Notes: a model not told the origin generated them from the letters alone. A stretch of 64,000 nucleotides of DNA from Octopus sinensis (GCF_006345805.1 NC_042997.1:28644001-28708000); one strand, 5' to 3'. Numbered from the stretch's first letter, positions 1-11,859 are shown. Numbers and translations: made by a program.

Positions 1-720
1 ATAATATCCGGATGGAAACTATATGCTTGAAGCTTGACAAGTAATAGGCGGTGGTTTACCGAGTCAAAAGCTTTGGCAAAGTCCAATAAAACGATGTCAA
101 CAGCATCACTATCATCGAGGATGCGCGTCACCAATTCTTCCATTACTAGTAAGTTGGACAAGCATGATCTCTTCGGCACGAAGCCGTGTTGGGAATCAGA
201 GATAGAGGCTGTGTTTAGGAGGTGGAGCATCATACTTTTCTTAAGGATGGTTTCGAACATTCTTGCTGATTATTGATGTAAGGGAAACCGGTCGGTAGTT
301 AAGCGGGTCTTCGCGGCTCCCTTTCTTGAAAATTGGGCAGATTATCACTGTTCTCCAGTCTGCAGGTATAACACCCGTCGCCAATGACATATTGAATAGT
401 CGTGTTAAGGGCTCGCAGATGACCGGAGCCAACGCTTTGATAACCCGTGGGTGTATGCCGTCAGGGCCGTGACCCTTGTTGACATCGAGGCCTTGAATAA
501 CACGTTTGACTTCGTCCCGCGTGATGACCAATCGAAGCATTGGAGGTACCGATCAATCAAATGGAGGGGGTTCACGACCATCATCTTGTTTGAAAATAGT
601 TGAAAAAGCCTCGGCAAATAATTGACTCTGTTGATAAGGGTCCTCAATCGATACGCCTGTTGAGTCTACCAACGTTGCAATCTGGTTGTTCAAGCGGGAA
701 TTCCGCTGGACATGGGCAAA
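1..720 (-). mobile_element. CR1/L2-type non-LTR retrotransposon fragment (RT N-terminal part, frameshifted; runs off window start)
   Basis: Minus-strand translation gives KGHGPDGIHPRVIK...DWRTVIICPIFKKGSREDPLNYRPVSLTSIISK (ORF 241-540). After a frameshift near 270 it continues SDSQHGFVPKRSCLSNLL...VDIVLLDFAKAFDSVNH, which are classic APE-LINE RT motifs. Confidence 0.9.
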
Positions 721-1044
721 GAAGGTTTTGTGGATTGCTACTGGCGATTTTGGATTGCTACCGCGATTTTGTATTCATAACTGAAGCGTTCTGTGTGTGT
801 GTGCGTGCGTGCGCGTGTGTATGCAAGCGAGAAAGAGGGTAAGAAAAAGAGATACAGTGAGTGAGTGAAGGTGTGTCGTGATGATTGATGTCTTTTAAGG
901 CACACACACATTTAGAAAATGTGTCATCGTATAAAATATTCACGATAGTTGATTTATGGAGAAGATTATGTGAAATTTTTGAAATGCAAATATGTGAATG
1001 GAAATTAAGATTAATTTCTAGCCAAAATAGTACCGAATGTTTGG

Positions 1045-1098
<54 letters not shown>

Positions 1099-1101
<3 letters not shown>

Positions 1102-4100
1102 ACAGTATCTCTCACATTACAATAACGACGTAATACTGAAATAGTGTAAGATATAAGGGCTTGCATAAGGAAGAAGTTTGAAAATTGTTTGGCACATGAC
1201 GCTGCACGGGCCTTGGTTTTTGTATTTGACACCTGTTTCTTTAAGTATTTTATTTCGATTTTATCTATATATATGTATGCAAAGCCGATGAAGGAGACCT
1301 CTACATGGTAGCTAGACAAAATACCAGCTAGATTTCCCTCAAATCACCCTACTGTCATAATCCGACAATTCTGCCTCTTACGCAGTTTGAATGAGAAACT
1401 GTAACTAAATATTAAGATTATTAACCGTAAAATTTTACGCGCTTTAATAGCAATAAATTTTTTCTCTTCTTTACTTTCCTCGTAGATTTTCATGTCAGAT
1501 GTAAAGGTCAAGAGGATTAACATCGACGGTGTTAAATAGTGGAGATGATTGGTAATTGTATGTGTTGATTACTGTTGAGTGTTTCTTCTCAATAAGGAAA
1601 ATTGATTGATAATGAAACTTAACACAATATGTATACAGCTTCAAATGGAATTGGACGTGATAAGAGAGACAGTATGGCGATGGTTTTGACTGACTGTTAT
1701 CCTGTACTTAGCTTGTTGTTAACGAATGCTATGTGCCGGCTGTCTGAGCAACTGGTTGCTTTTAATGGCAGGACAAACAAGACAAAAAGATTACAAATAT
1801 AGAGATGCTCACTTTGAAACTAACAATTTGGAAGAACGTTTTAGGTCACAGAACGCCCCGCTCCCTCATGTATCCATCATGTTTTCACATGGACGTGCAC
1901 GCGCGTTTGGCTGTATACAAACGGACATACATATAATTGCAAAATCTTGGTGAAACTGGAAGTACTAAGATAGCACTGAAGACATTGTAAATCTTTCCGA
2001 ATTTAGTATTTAGGGAATACTGTTACGTGCGTTGGTTCTTTCGTATCACGAGGTATTAAAGTAACTGGTGTGTTAGGAAATTGTATGTCCAGTCTTGTCC
2101 AGATTGTGTACACGACTTTTCCGGATTTGGTGGAAGAGTTGTTGATGTTCTAGGGTGTGCTATTCGAAGTTTTTACAATTGTACTTTATGCGCATTCTCC
2201 ACTTAACTTTACTGAGAGCTACTTCCTTTCAGTCATCAATATCAAAAGCCAGTTTTTTGAGGTTGTTCTTCGTATCTTTTGTCGGTTTGTTTTGAGGACG
2301 TTTTTCAAGCGACAGCTCACCATCAAATAATTCCTATGGGATTCTTCCCCCTTCCATGCAGACAATGTGTACCGTTCAGAAGCCTTTGGAAAGTGATGAC
2401 TAAGAATTAATATCCTTAGGCATTCCGATCTGACAGGTACATCGGTATCAGAAGTCCCTTTTGCCACTTGATGTTGATTGTGCATCTTAGGCCATTCTGC
2501 TGAAAAACCTGAATCAATTTCACATGTTTATGCTATAACATCCAAGCGTCGGAGATGCATGAAACAGTAGTCAAAGCACAGATATTATACACACACCTTC
2601 GTGTTGGTAATAATATTGGCATCAACACAAACTTGCTTTTCCAGTTTTCGTAAAGTAACCGAAACTTTCAGCATGAGCAGATGTATTGCAGTACCCAAGA
2701 AACATCCCTTAACAAGTAGGAAATATATCAATTTACTCCAACTTGGTCCCATGCACTCTGATACAGAGTTTTATACATGGTTCCCTAGGACCAGGTGTAA
2801 GCATTACTTTGGCTTTTGTGAGGCTAAAAGTAAATCCAAACGCCAAATATTAAGTTGAGTAAATAATTCATGAAGTGTTGTAGGTCAACTTCTGTGAGTT
2901 TTAAGACGTTAGAGTCATCTACGTAAAGGGATAAACATATACAGAATTTTTTTGCCACATGTTGACACAGATGTCATTTTGTTTTGTTTATCAATCTTTT
3001 GCTTTTCCATTAAATGCTTGCTTTCTTAAAGTACACACGTACCTTTATTTCGTCAATGGATATACCCGTTTTCTTATGCTTCAACACAAATATTTACATA
3101 TTCCCTATGCTTCTACTTCTATTCATTTCGCTACACTTGTTCCTGCGTAACTCATTCGTAATCTGCAGGTTCACACACATCAGCTTTTTTTATTCAATTT
3201 CATACATGTTATCCTTGTGTGCATTTAATTCTGTCATTTAAACAGCATCACTCATGCATCCAAAGCACACATTGTTCATATATTAGAAAACCGTTTTCTC
3301 TACTTTTTTCTTTCCATTTATGGTTCCATTTTTTAAGTTTTAATCTTTTCCTGCATTATTTCACTTTTTCGTTAAGCAAAATTGAAACATTTTCAAGCAT
3401 ACAATCAATTCCACGGTTGTACGATAGTATTTGTGAGCTCAGTAGTTCAGTCTCTATCCTTCTTAACCCTATGCTGTAATTCACCAAAGTTTCTATCAAT
3501 AGCTACAAAAAGCGACAGTTTACACTTCACTAATCTACTTCACATGGAACACACTTCCTAAGATTCTACTTTCAGACTTTTAACTTCTTTCTGTGACATC
3601 TCTCGGGTTATGATGTATATATAAGTAATTTATTCGGGTCAGTGTATCCAGCTAGTATTTTGTAATTTGAAGTATTTGTATTTCATCTATTTTTAAATAT
3701 GCACATTTTGCATTCACATTAGAAACCACGCAAGCACTATCATATTTGCGCGCTGAACAATTACTCACCATCAGTACACAATATATTACATTTAGATTAT
3801 GATTGACTATTTGCTAAATACAAAAAATCTCGAGCAAGAGAGGAATGTATCACAATTGTATAACCGCAATGGGAGCATCTAGCACTGGTTTCCACTTTAC
3901 GACATAAAAGCATAAATGCTCTAGAGACAAAGGAACGCGTCCGAAAAAGGTTTACTAGCTTATCAGGTTATGAGTATAAACAAACATATATCAGAGGATG
4001 GTGCCAGGCATTGTGTATGAATTTTAAAATTTCACCGCAGAATTGTATTTCGACTTTTCCACAAGTCTTGACTTGGTTTAAAAAAAATTCAGTAAGTCAA

Positions 4101-4476
4101 ACTCTACATGAAAACGTATTCTTCATTTTTGTTTATAAGATTCAATCTCGTCTCATTTTTTTCACCTTAAGTAACATAGGCTTATATACGTATGCCAAGA
4201 TATTTTTCTGTTTATACATGTGCTTTCCTTCTGTATTATGCGCGTAACAATAATGGATACATCGCAAAGTAATCGCAAATATTCTTACAGAAATAATTTT
4301 GACTGGTATGCAATATACACTTTGTTTGAAATAATAAATTTATGGAAGGTCATATAGTTTATTGTACTGTCACACTTTCCTCAAGACGCTGGGTCTTAAG
4401 TGATTAGAAAAACATTAAAATAATTTACATACACAAATATAAGCACTCTAAATGTATATAAACCACGCCAGCTGGT
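1099..4476. repeat. Left arm of a long inverted duplication (partner 61381-64000), bounded by (TA)n on both sides
   Basis: 1863-4476 is the reverse complement of 61381-64000. For example, the last 29 nt of the window match 1863-1891. Sampled blocks show 1-2 mismatches per 60-80 bp, with some blocks more diverged. Confidence 0.9.
1960..2870 (-). mobile_element. Degenerate RTE-clade LINE fragment (RT C-terminal part) inside the duplicated segment
   Basis: Broken frames read TKVCVYNICALTT, LNIKWQ, GELSLEKRP and KWRMRIKYNCKNFEE, matching RTE RT/thumb motifs. Confidence 0.7.
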
Positions 4477-4498
4477 TATATATATATATATATATATA

Positions 4499-4534
<36 letters not shown>

Positions 4535-4635
4535 GGAGTAAACACATAAATGTGAAACAAGGTGGAAAAGGAGTACTCAAATACCAGTGGTAGAGTAATA
4601 TGCTTTATTTTAAGCAGCAGAAAATTCAACAAAAT

Positions 4636-4673
4636 CTGTTACTCTGAGTTTCTCGTTGCCGTTCATCAGACAG
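4636..4673 (-). ncRNA. Minimal type I hammerhead ribozyme in PLE A 3' region
   Basis: Minus strand reads ctgt-CTGATGA-a-cg(gcaa)cg-a-GAAA-ctcagag-TA-acag. Stem I is ctgt/acag. Stem II is short, with an A.A mismatch at its base. The predicted GUA cleavage lies between 4640 and 4639. Confidence 0.8.
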
Positions 4674-5718
4674 TTTTTGTTAGAATGGAACTGATATATC
4701 AATTCAATCTATACTCTTACAAACGCTACACCTTTAAAAAGAAATGGACTTGTTTGATTGGCCCTTTAGAAAAAACGGTCAATCTTCGAGCGATAAACAA
4801 AAAGGTCAAAGATATATGTATATATATATAAAAAACTTATAAAAATTATATAAAAAACTTATAAAAATTATAAAATCCGAGGAAAAACCATTGACGTTAA
4901 TGAAGACAGTGCAAATTAATGCATAGAAATTAAACCTCTTATAAATACTGCAATACATATTTATATTAAAATCTACATATATATATCAACATACACAAAA
5001 GGATGCGAGTAAACGCCATACATACATATACAGACGTATGAATATGAATTTAAATATACACATAAAAGCATGTGTACATATATTCACGCAAACCGTCTCG
5101 CACGCAAGCTAAAATTCATCTATGTAGCAATTCTCATATACTGGGCAAGGAGGGGGAACGAAAGAAAGGGAGAGAGAGAAAAAAGAAACGAAGGAGGGGT
5201 GGGGAAAAAAACGAAATAAGCAGTGTAACGATGTTATTGGCATCTATAGAGGCCAGTATACATACACAAGTTTGAATGGATACATATACATACCGTCGTG
5301 TAAAGTGTGCTTAAGCACAAACATACTTTCACTTACACATACACAGATACGTATGCTTACAAATACATATGCTTTGCTATACACATACTTATATAAACAT
5401 TCTAATTTTGACAACATTGCTTTTTTTAAAAAACATTGCTTTTAAAAAAATGGGTGCATTAATAAAAATATATACGAAAGACATATAAAATAAAATATAA
5501 CATCCTATTTGGGTCATATAAATAATCAAGGTAATATAAGTAATCAAGGTAATCCTATGCAATACAATAACATGAAAACAAAGTTTGTAGGTTTTTCCTA
5601 ATATATATGTAGAAACATAAGACTTTGCTATACAGATTAAGATCCACGTAGCTTGGAAACAGAATCCAAATTCATCGTAGCGCTCAAGAGTCAAAATCAA
5701 AAATACAAAATATATACT

Positions 5719-7847
5719 CTATCCATATGGTATATTTATATTCGACATTTTAAATTTAGCCGCGTGCCTACATAAGTTCATTAACTCACTTCTTTGATTC
5801 AAAGAATTATTGTCTTTGAATAAGATATACATTTTTCTAATAAACAAGTCTGCACTTGAAATTATTTTTGTAAGCTCCATGCCTGTATGGTGCCGCCCTG
5901 TCCAGAATGCTCCATGTCACGTTGAAAGGTGGGGCTTCCTTTTCTTTTAGTTCCCAGACATATTTTGCTAGGCTGGTTTTCTTCCTATTCTCTGGGTATT
6001 TAAATGAATTTTTATGAGAATAAAATCTTGTTTTAAATGAATTTTCTGAAGCCCCTGTGTATGTCTTGTATTCCGATGAGCCTTCCACTTGCACCTTGGC
6101 TCTATAAACTACTCCTTTCACTAGACATTCCCTTCTAACGGACAGGAGCTTTCGTTTTTGAAATTACATTTCTTAATGGGCTCGGCACCATGTCTAATCT
6201 CAATTAGCTTCCTATTATGTTGGCTAATGTAAGAGGCGAAATTTCTGCAACAAGAATAGCTAACCTTCAGGGTTCTTCTATTAAATATTCTGTAGAATTT
6301 ATGACCCTGCTTAGAATGCTTAGAGACTAATCTCAAAAATTCCTTACCTATATTAGTCTTTACGGCCAAATTGAAAGCCGGGTTGAACCACAAAACTTTC
6401 CTGGTCCTAGTTCTTCGTGCAGCATTATTATCAGCATTAAGCTGGTTGAACTGGATCTTCTCCGAGAATCCACTATTCTTTAATGCGCTATCGTAATAAG
6501 GTGCAGCATTATGGAATGCTGCCTCGTCCGAAGAAATTGAAGATATTCTTCTACCTACATTGCTGACTAAGTTGCTAAGGATAACTGGTGGATGGTTCGA
6601 ATCTTTGCTAATATACGATAGCTTTTCATTGGGCTTACGGAAAGGTTTAAATCTATTCGATCTTACATTGAAATTTACGTCTAAAAAATCTACACTATTC
6701 AGGTTAGCATCTATCGTAACCCGTAAGCCCATCCTTTGAAAGAAAGCTATAAGGTCCTTCCTAAGTCTATCTGATTCATGGCCGTTTAGATTATGCGTGG
6801 CTATAAGGCCGTCATCCCTATATAAACCTGCATCTATAAATGGGAATTCTATTTTTAGATTATGGAGAATAAAGGCTCCTATGAGCATACATAATTCAGC
6901 CCCGTCGTATGTCCCCATCGGTACATCGAAAAGAGAATCCTCAGTCTTCTTAATCCAGGTGGAATCCTCGAAAAAAAGAAGCGATTTCCTCGCATGCATA
7001 ATAATTTCAATTTCCGAGCTATCGATGTTGACATACTGCTTGGCGAAGTCCAATGCCCTTAGGAGCAACGTCCTAGATATTGACGGGTAAAAGTCAATAA
7101 TGTCGAATTGTGTGAAACTACAATTATTCTTATAATTAATACCTTTAAACCACTCTATAACTGACTTACTATTCTTCCAAATTCTCAAGTCTACTTCACT
7201 ATCTAACTTAACTAAAATACGGTCCAAAATAGTTTTGCTAATAATTCCTATCTCAGTTTTAGCCGGATTTATCAATCTACATTTGGGGTTTCTACTAAAA
7301 TTGGCTTTATGGTCTTTCAGAGTAATAAAAGCTGGTCGTGGTGAAAGGTATTCAATCCTATCGCTAATCTTAAGATCGTTAGCTATTCCTCTTGCTTCTA
7401 AGTTCACCTCTTTGTATATATTCGTGTTGTCTTTTTTGTATGTGTCCGTGACACTATTCGAAATCAGCGTTTATAAACGTCCTTATCAAGTGCATATAAG
7501 TTTCTTGTCTTGTCAGAATTAACGAAGATCTTATTCGAGTCGTTAATCTCCTTAATTTTTTCTCTCATGTTTTTTTGCAATTGGTTGGTATATTTGCGGA
7601 ATTTAATTTTCCTAATAAGCTCGAAAAGGTCTTTCTCGAAGGCTTCTAATTCCGGAATCGGTGGCGGGTTTCTGGGAGATTTAAATCCATATTGTTTCCT
7701 TCTATTTTCTGTCTATTATCAAAGAAGAAGCTTTCCATCTCAATCTTCTAATAAACTCTTCCGCTTTCTCTATAAGACCTTTGATATATTTTTCCGTGCA
7801 GGGATAGGTATATTTTTCTGAGAAAAATCCAGCGGGTAAAGTTCCAT
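5719..7847 (-). pseudogene. PLE A polyprotein (RT-GIY-YIG endonuclease), disrupted by several frameshifts
   Basis: ATG at 7847 gives MELYPLDFSQKNIPIPARK. ORF 6121-7407 contains FDIIDFYPSI, PMGTYDGAELC, LYRDDGL, FLDV and SNHPP. ORF 5837-6121 contains VVYRAKV...YTGASENSFKTRFYSH. The C-terminus is LNQRSELMNLCRH...*. Confidence 0.9.
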
Positions 7848-7914
7848 CTTTTTCAGCTGTTTGTTCTTCCTACTTGTGCAGAGTCGCTCAAAATTTTTAC
7901 AAGGAGCGGGTTAC

Positions 7915-8027
7915 ACCGGAGTAACACATAAATGTGAAACAAGGTGGAAAAAAGAGTACTCAAATACCAGTGGTAGAGTAATATGCTTTATTTTAAGCAG
8001 CAGAAAACTCAACAAAATCTGTTACTC
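7915..8027 (-). repeat. Upstream pLTR of PLE A (direct repeat of 4532-4644)
   Basis: Near-identical 113-bp copy, followed directly (on the minus strand) by a 67-nt 5' UTR and the ATG. Confidence 0.9.
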
Positions 8028-9555
8028 AGAAACCCACCGCCTTAGCAAATTCATTGATACCCTTCTCAAGCCGTTCCTCAAACACATTAAAAGCTACATA
8101 AGGGACGATCTAGATATGCTCAACCACCTCCCCAATACACTTCTTGCTGACCAAACCCTGCTAGTAACATTCGATGTAGTCAATCTTTACTCCAACATCC
8201 CCCACAACCTAGGAATAGAAGCTATCCAATTCTGGCTGGATAATTACTCCAACGAACTCCCACACCGCATCAAAAAGGAATTTATTTTAGAAGGACTCAA
8301 ATTCATCTTAGAGAATAATTTCTTCACCTTCAACAACAAATTCTACAGACAGAAATCAGGGACGGCAATGGGAACGAAAACAGCTCCCACTTACGCCAAC
8401 TTAGTCATGGGATACCTGGAAATCACCCTCTATAATAACGTTCTTAACCAATTTGGCACCACTCTCCACACACACATAGAGAAGAACTGGAAGAGATATC
8501 TTGATGACTGCTTCATCCTTTGGCCCGAAACCGTCGAGAAGCTTAACGAATTTCACACTCTTATAAATGGGCTCAACACAAACATTATTTTCACAATGGA
8601 ATACAGCCCTCAACAAATTCCCTTCCTCGACATCCTCAATAAAATTCACAACAAAAAAATAGAAACAGACATATACTACAAGCCCACAGACTCCAAGCAA
8701 TACCTCCCTTTCAATTCATGCCACCCTAGACACGTTAAAATTAACATTCCCTACAACTTAGCCAGAGAATTTGCACTATAGTCTCCAATAAAACACCCGT
8801 CTCTTACGTCTACAAGAACTCAAGGGCACATTAACAAGCAGGGATTACCCCACGTCACTAATTGACAATGGGATCCAACGCGCCCTAAAACTCAGCACGC
8901 AGGAACTTAGACGCCCTAAACCTGTTACATCGAAACCCCATACTCTACCATACATCTCTACACACAACCCCCTCAACAATGAAGCTTTTGACACTATCCT
9001 CCAGAACATTCCTGTATTACAAAGGACATAGAATGAACCAAAGAATCCTCCTAACACCGAAATCATAAAGAGCAAAAGGCAACCCAAATCATTGAAAACC
9101 ATCCTAACAATACCAAAGTACTGCCAACCACAACAACTAAACCACCAGTAAACAAATGCAATAGACCCAACTGTGGTATATGCATCAACCTAATAGAAGG
9201 TCCGGAATTCCTTTTTAAACAAGGACAACGTTTCACAGTAGAACACAACTTCACATGCGCATCAGAAAACCTAGTATATGTCTTAACTTGCTCGGGCTGT
9301 AATGAACACTACATAGGCCAAACAAAAAATAGCCTCCGCCAACGCATGACTGTCCACAGATCCCAAATAAAAATACAGGAATATAGAAAAATAGCATTTA
9401 GTGCACATATTGATACTTGTGCCGCACAACTCCATCCCAATTTTAGAATCTTTCCCCTCTACAAATTTAAAGACAATGCCACTCATACCCAGCGAATAAC
9501 CATGGAATCCCACCTTATTAATAAATACAGACCACTTCTAAACACATGCCCCTAA
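8028..9555 (+). pseudogene. PLE B RT-GIY-YIG coding remnant (frameshifts near 8765 and downstream)
   Basis: Motifs FDVVNLYSNIP, GTAMGTKTAPTYANLVMG, WKRYLDDCF, PFLD, YYKPTD, SCHP; linker CNRPNCGIC; endonuclease NLVYVLTCSGCNEHYIGQT...RQRMTVH; ends KYRPLLNTCP*. Confidence 0.9.
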
Positions 9556-10400
9556 CACGAACCCACAACAAACACACTTACACCTGCACACACCCTACAC
9601 ACACCTTTACCCAGATATTAACACCATGACACACACAAATATATGGTTCCACACATACACATAATTGAATACGGGTGCAAAACATCCAACACTATTTTTT
9701 GGAAATGGCTGTAAATATTGACTTCACACAAATACGTTGCTTCCCGATACAGGCACAAAGCCAGCAGAACTATAAATATTGAAAATTGTACCCACACACA
9801 CACACATATATACACGCGCGCGCGCCCCAACATACATATAAACACACACGCGCGCGCGCACACACACACATACATACATACAGTTCTCCCTGTTCTAAAC
9901 GAACTTACTTATCCAGTCAAGCGGAAAATACACTCCCTAACTACGCGCTAAAAAGCTATTTAAAATATCCACATGACGTCTACTGACCAGCCTGAACAAT
10001 AAGAATTTTCAACAACACTATTTTCGAAAATTCTAAACATTCACGTGACCTCTTTATTATTGCCAATAAGAAATTTTAGGCGGGACACTAGCCAAATTTT
10101 AACTTCTCTGGATCCTTTTTTCTTACCCCAACACCAACTTCCATTCAAACATTCACGTGACCCCTTCATAATGACCAATCAAAATTTTAGGCGCGAAACC
10201 AAGCAAATCCAAAACAACTCTGGAGCCTCTTTTTTTCACATATAAGAGACAGACTCTAATCTCTCTTTTATATTTTGATAAGCATAACAAATGCGCAACC
10301 GGTAAAAAGAACTTTCACCTAATTAAATTACTTAAATTACTTCAATTATTTGTCAGCATTTTCTTCAATTTTTTTATATATATATATATATATTGGAAGT

Positions 10401-10443
10401 CCACCTGAAGATTGTCGATCAAGACAAGAAACGATTGTAGTGG
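10401..10443 (+). ncRNA. Type I hammerhead ribozyme with intact core at the 3' end of PLE B
   Basis: Reads ccac-CTGAAGA-ttgtc(gatcaa)gacaa-GAAA-cgattg-TA-gtgg: 4-bp stem I, 5-bp stem II, near-palindromic stem III and GUA cleavage after 10439. Confidence 0.88.
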
Positions 10444-10557
10444 CGGTTTTTTTGACTATTTATTAAACTTTTATGTATTGATTAAGTCTTTCCTTGTTTG
10501 TTTTGCAAAATAGTGGTTTTGTCTCGAATAATATTTTATATATATATATATATATAT

Positions 10558-11815
10558 ACTTAGAAATGGATGCGTGCGTTCCGTCATATAATAAATTAAT
10601 AAATGAAGCATATGCATATATAGATACATATATGTACGTACCTACCTCTACATGTATATATACATGCATATATGGGTACAGGACACCAAAATAAAAAAGT
10701 CGAACACAATGAGAAAGGAAAATATTAACACAAAACCAAGGAACTGGACATTTTTCTTAAACAACGAAAAGATAGGGACAAATAACACAAGGGAAATTCC
10801 CCTTCTTCAGTCGCCACGGTTTCATCTACTCTGCATTTCGAAGGTGAAGGCGATACACATCTTCGATAGAAACTTTCCTTCCCGCGAAAAGCAAATTAAA
10901 TCAAATTTGAGATCTTTTTGCGGAGGGGTAAAATTGGTAACAAAAACAGGACAGTAACGACAGTACAAAATATAAACAGTAATAGACGGGACAAGGAGAA
11001 TAACAAGACAAGAAGGGCTGTTAAACCGAACGAGATAAAGTGTTACGAACGCTATTTTTTAGAACGGCGAAGGAGCAACGGAAAATGCCGTCTACACTTC
11101 AAGGACACCAGGCAAGAAAGGCAGTAGCAGACTTCTCGTCGCGGGTCAACGACGGGAGGGAGGAGGAGGAGCAAGGAAAAGGGAGAAAAAAAAGGGAATG
11201 GTTGTGAGGAAACCAGAAAGAATGAGAGAAAGAGAGAGGGAGAGATAGTAAGGTAGAAGAAAAGGAAACCAGAAAGAATGAAGGCTGAGAAAGGGAGGGG
11301 ACAGAAAGATTAATAGTACGCATCATTATTAATATCAAGAACAATCTTACTTAGAAATGGATGCGTGTGTTCCGTCATATAATAAATTAATAAATAAAAC
11401 ATATGCATATCTACATACATATACATATATACATACCTCTACATGTATATATACATGCATATATGGGTACAGGACACCAAAAAAAACGTCGAACACAATG
11501 AGAAACGAAAACATTAACACAAAACCAAGGAACTGGACATTTTTCTTAAACAGAGAAAAGATAGGGACAAATAACACAAGGAACATTCCCCTTCTTCAGT
11601 CCCCATGGTTTCATCTACTCTGCGTTTCGAAGGTGAAGGCGATACGCATCATCGATAGAAACTTTCCTTCCTGCGAAAAGCAAATTAAATAAAATTTGAG
11701 ATCTTGTTGCGGAGGTTTTTTTGGTGTCCTGTACCCATATGTGCATGTATATATACATGTAGAGGTAGGTACGTTCATATATGTATGTATATATGCATAT
11801 TTTTTTATTTATTAA

Positions 11816-11820
<5 letters not shown>
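10558..11820 (-). mobile_element. ORF-less PLE-like element C: two ~370-bp direct repeats, a ~420-bp spacer and an inverted partial tail
   Basis: 10558-10926 and 11348-11715 are direct repeats (~90% by eye). 11717-11820 is an inverted copy of the repeat tail. (TA)n lies at both outer ends. Confidence 0.7.

Positions 11821-11859
<39 letters not shown>

Larger units (their letters stand above)
4532..8027 (-). mobile_element. Penelope-like element A (RT + C-terminal GIY-YIG), near full length, with 113-bp direct terminal repeats (pLTR)
   Basis: RT and GIY-YIG ORF remnants; direct repeat 4532-4644 / 7915-8027; HHR in the 3' repeat region; 3' end abuts (TA)n. Confidence 0.92.
8028..10545 (+). mobile_element. 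Penelope-like element B (Neptune-like Cys-rich linker; clade inferred), 5'-truncated within RT
   Basis: RT and GIY-YIG coding remnant to 9555, then a long 3' UTR, an HHR at 10401-10443, a ~100-nt tail and (TA)n. Confidence 0.88.

Noticed and set aside
1284-1405. Possible hammerhead (ccgatgaagg...gaaactgta)
   Set aside because: The core is non-canonical, and there is no stem I pairing and no closing stem II.
5640-5690. Possible second hammerhead in the A 3' UTR (minus: cgatga-hairpin)
   Set aside because: A hairpin is present, but the GAAA and C3-U4 positions are absent.
7861-8781. 306-aa ORF as a functional fusion protein
   Set aside because: It starts at TTG, its first ~55 codons are the antisense of element A's UTR and pLTR, and the RT is truncated and frameshifted.
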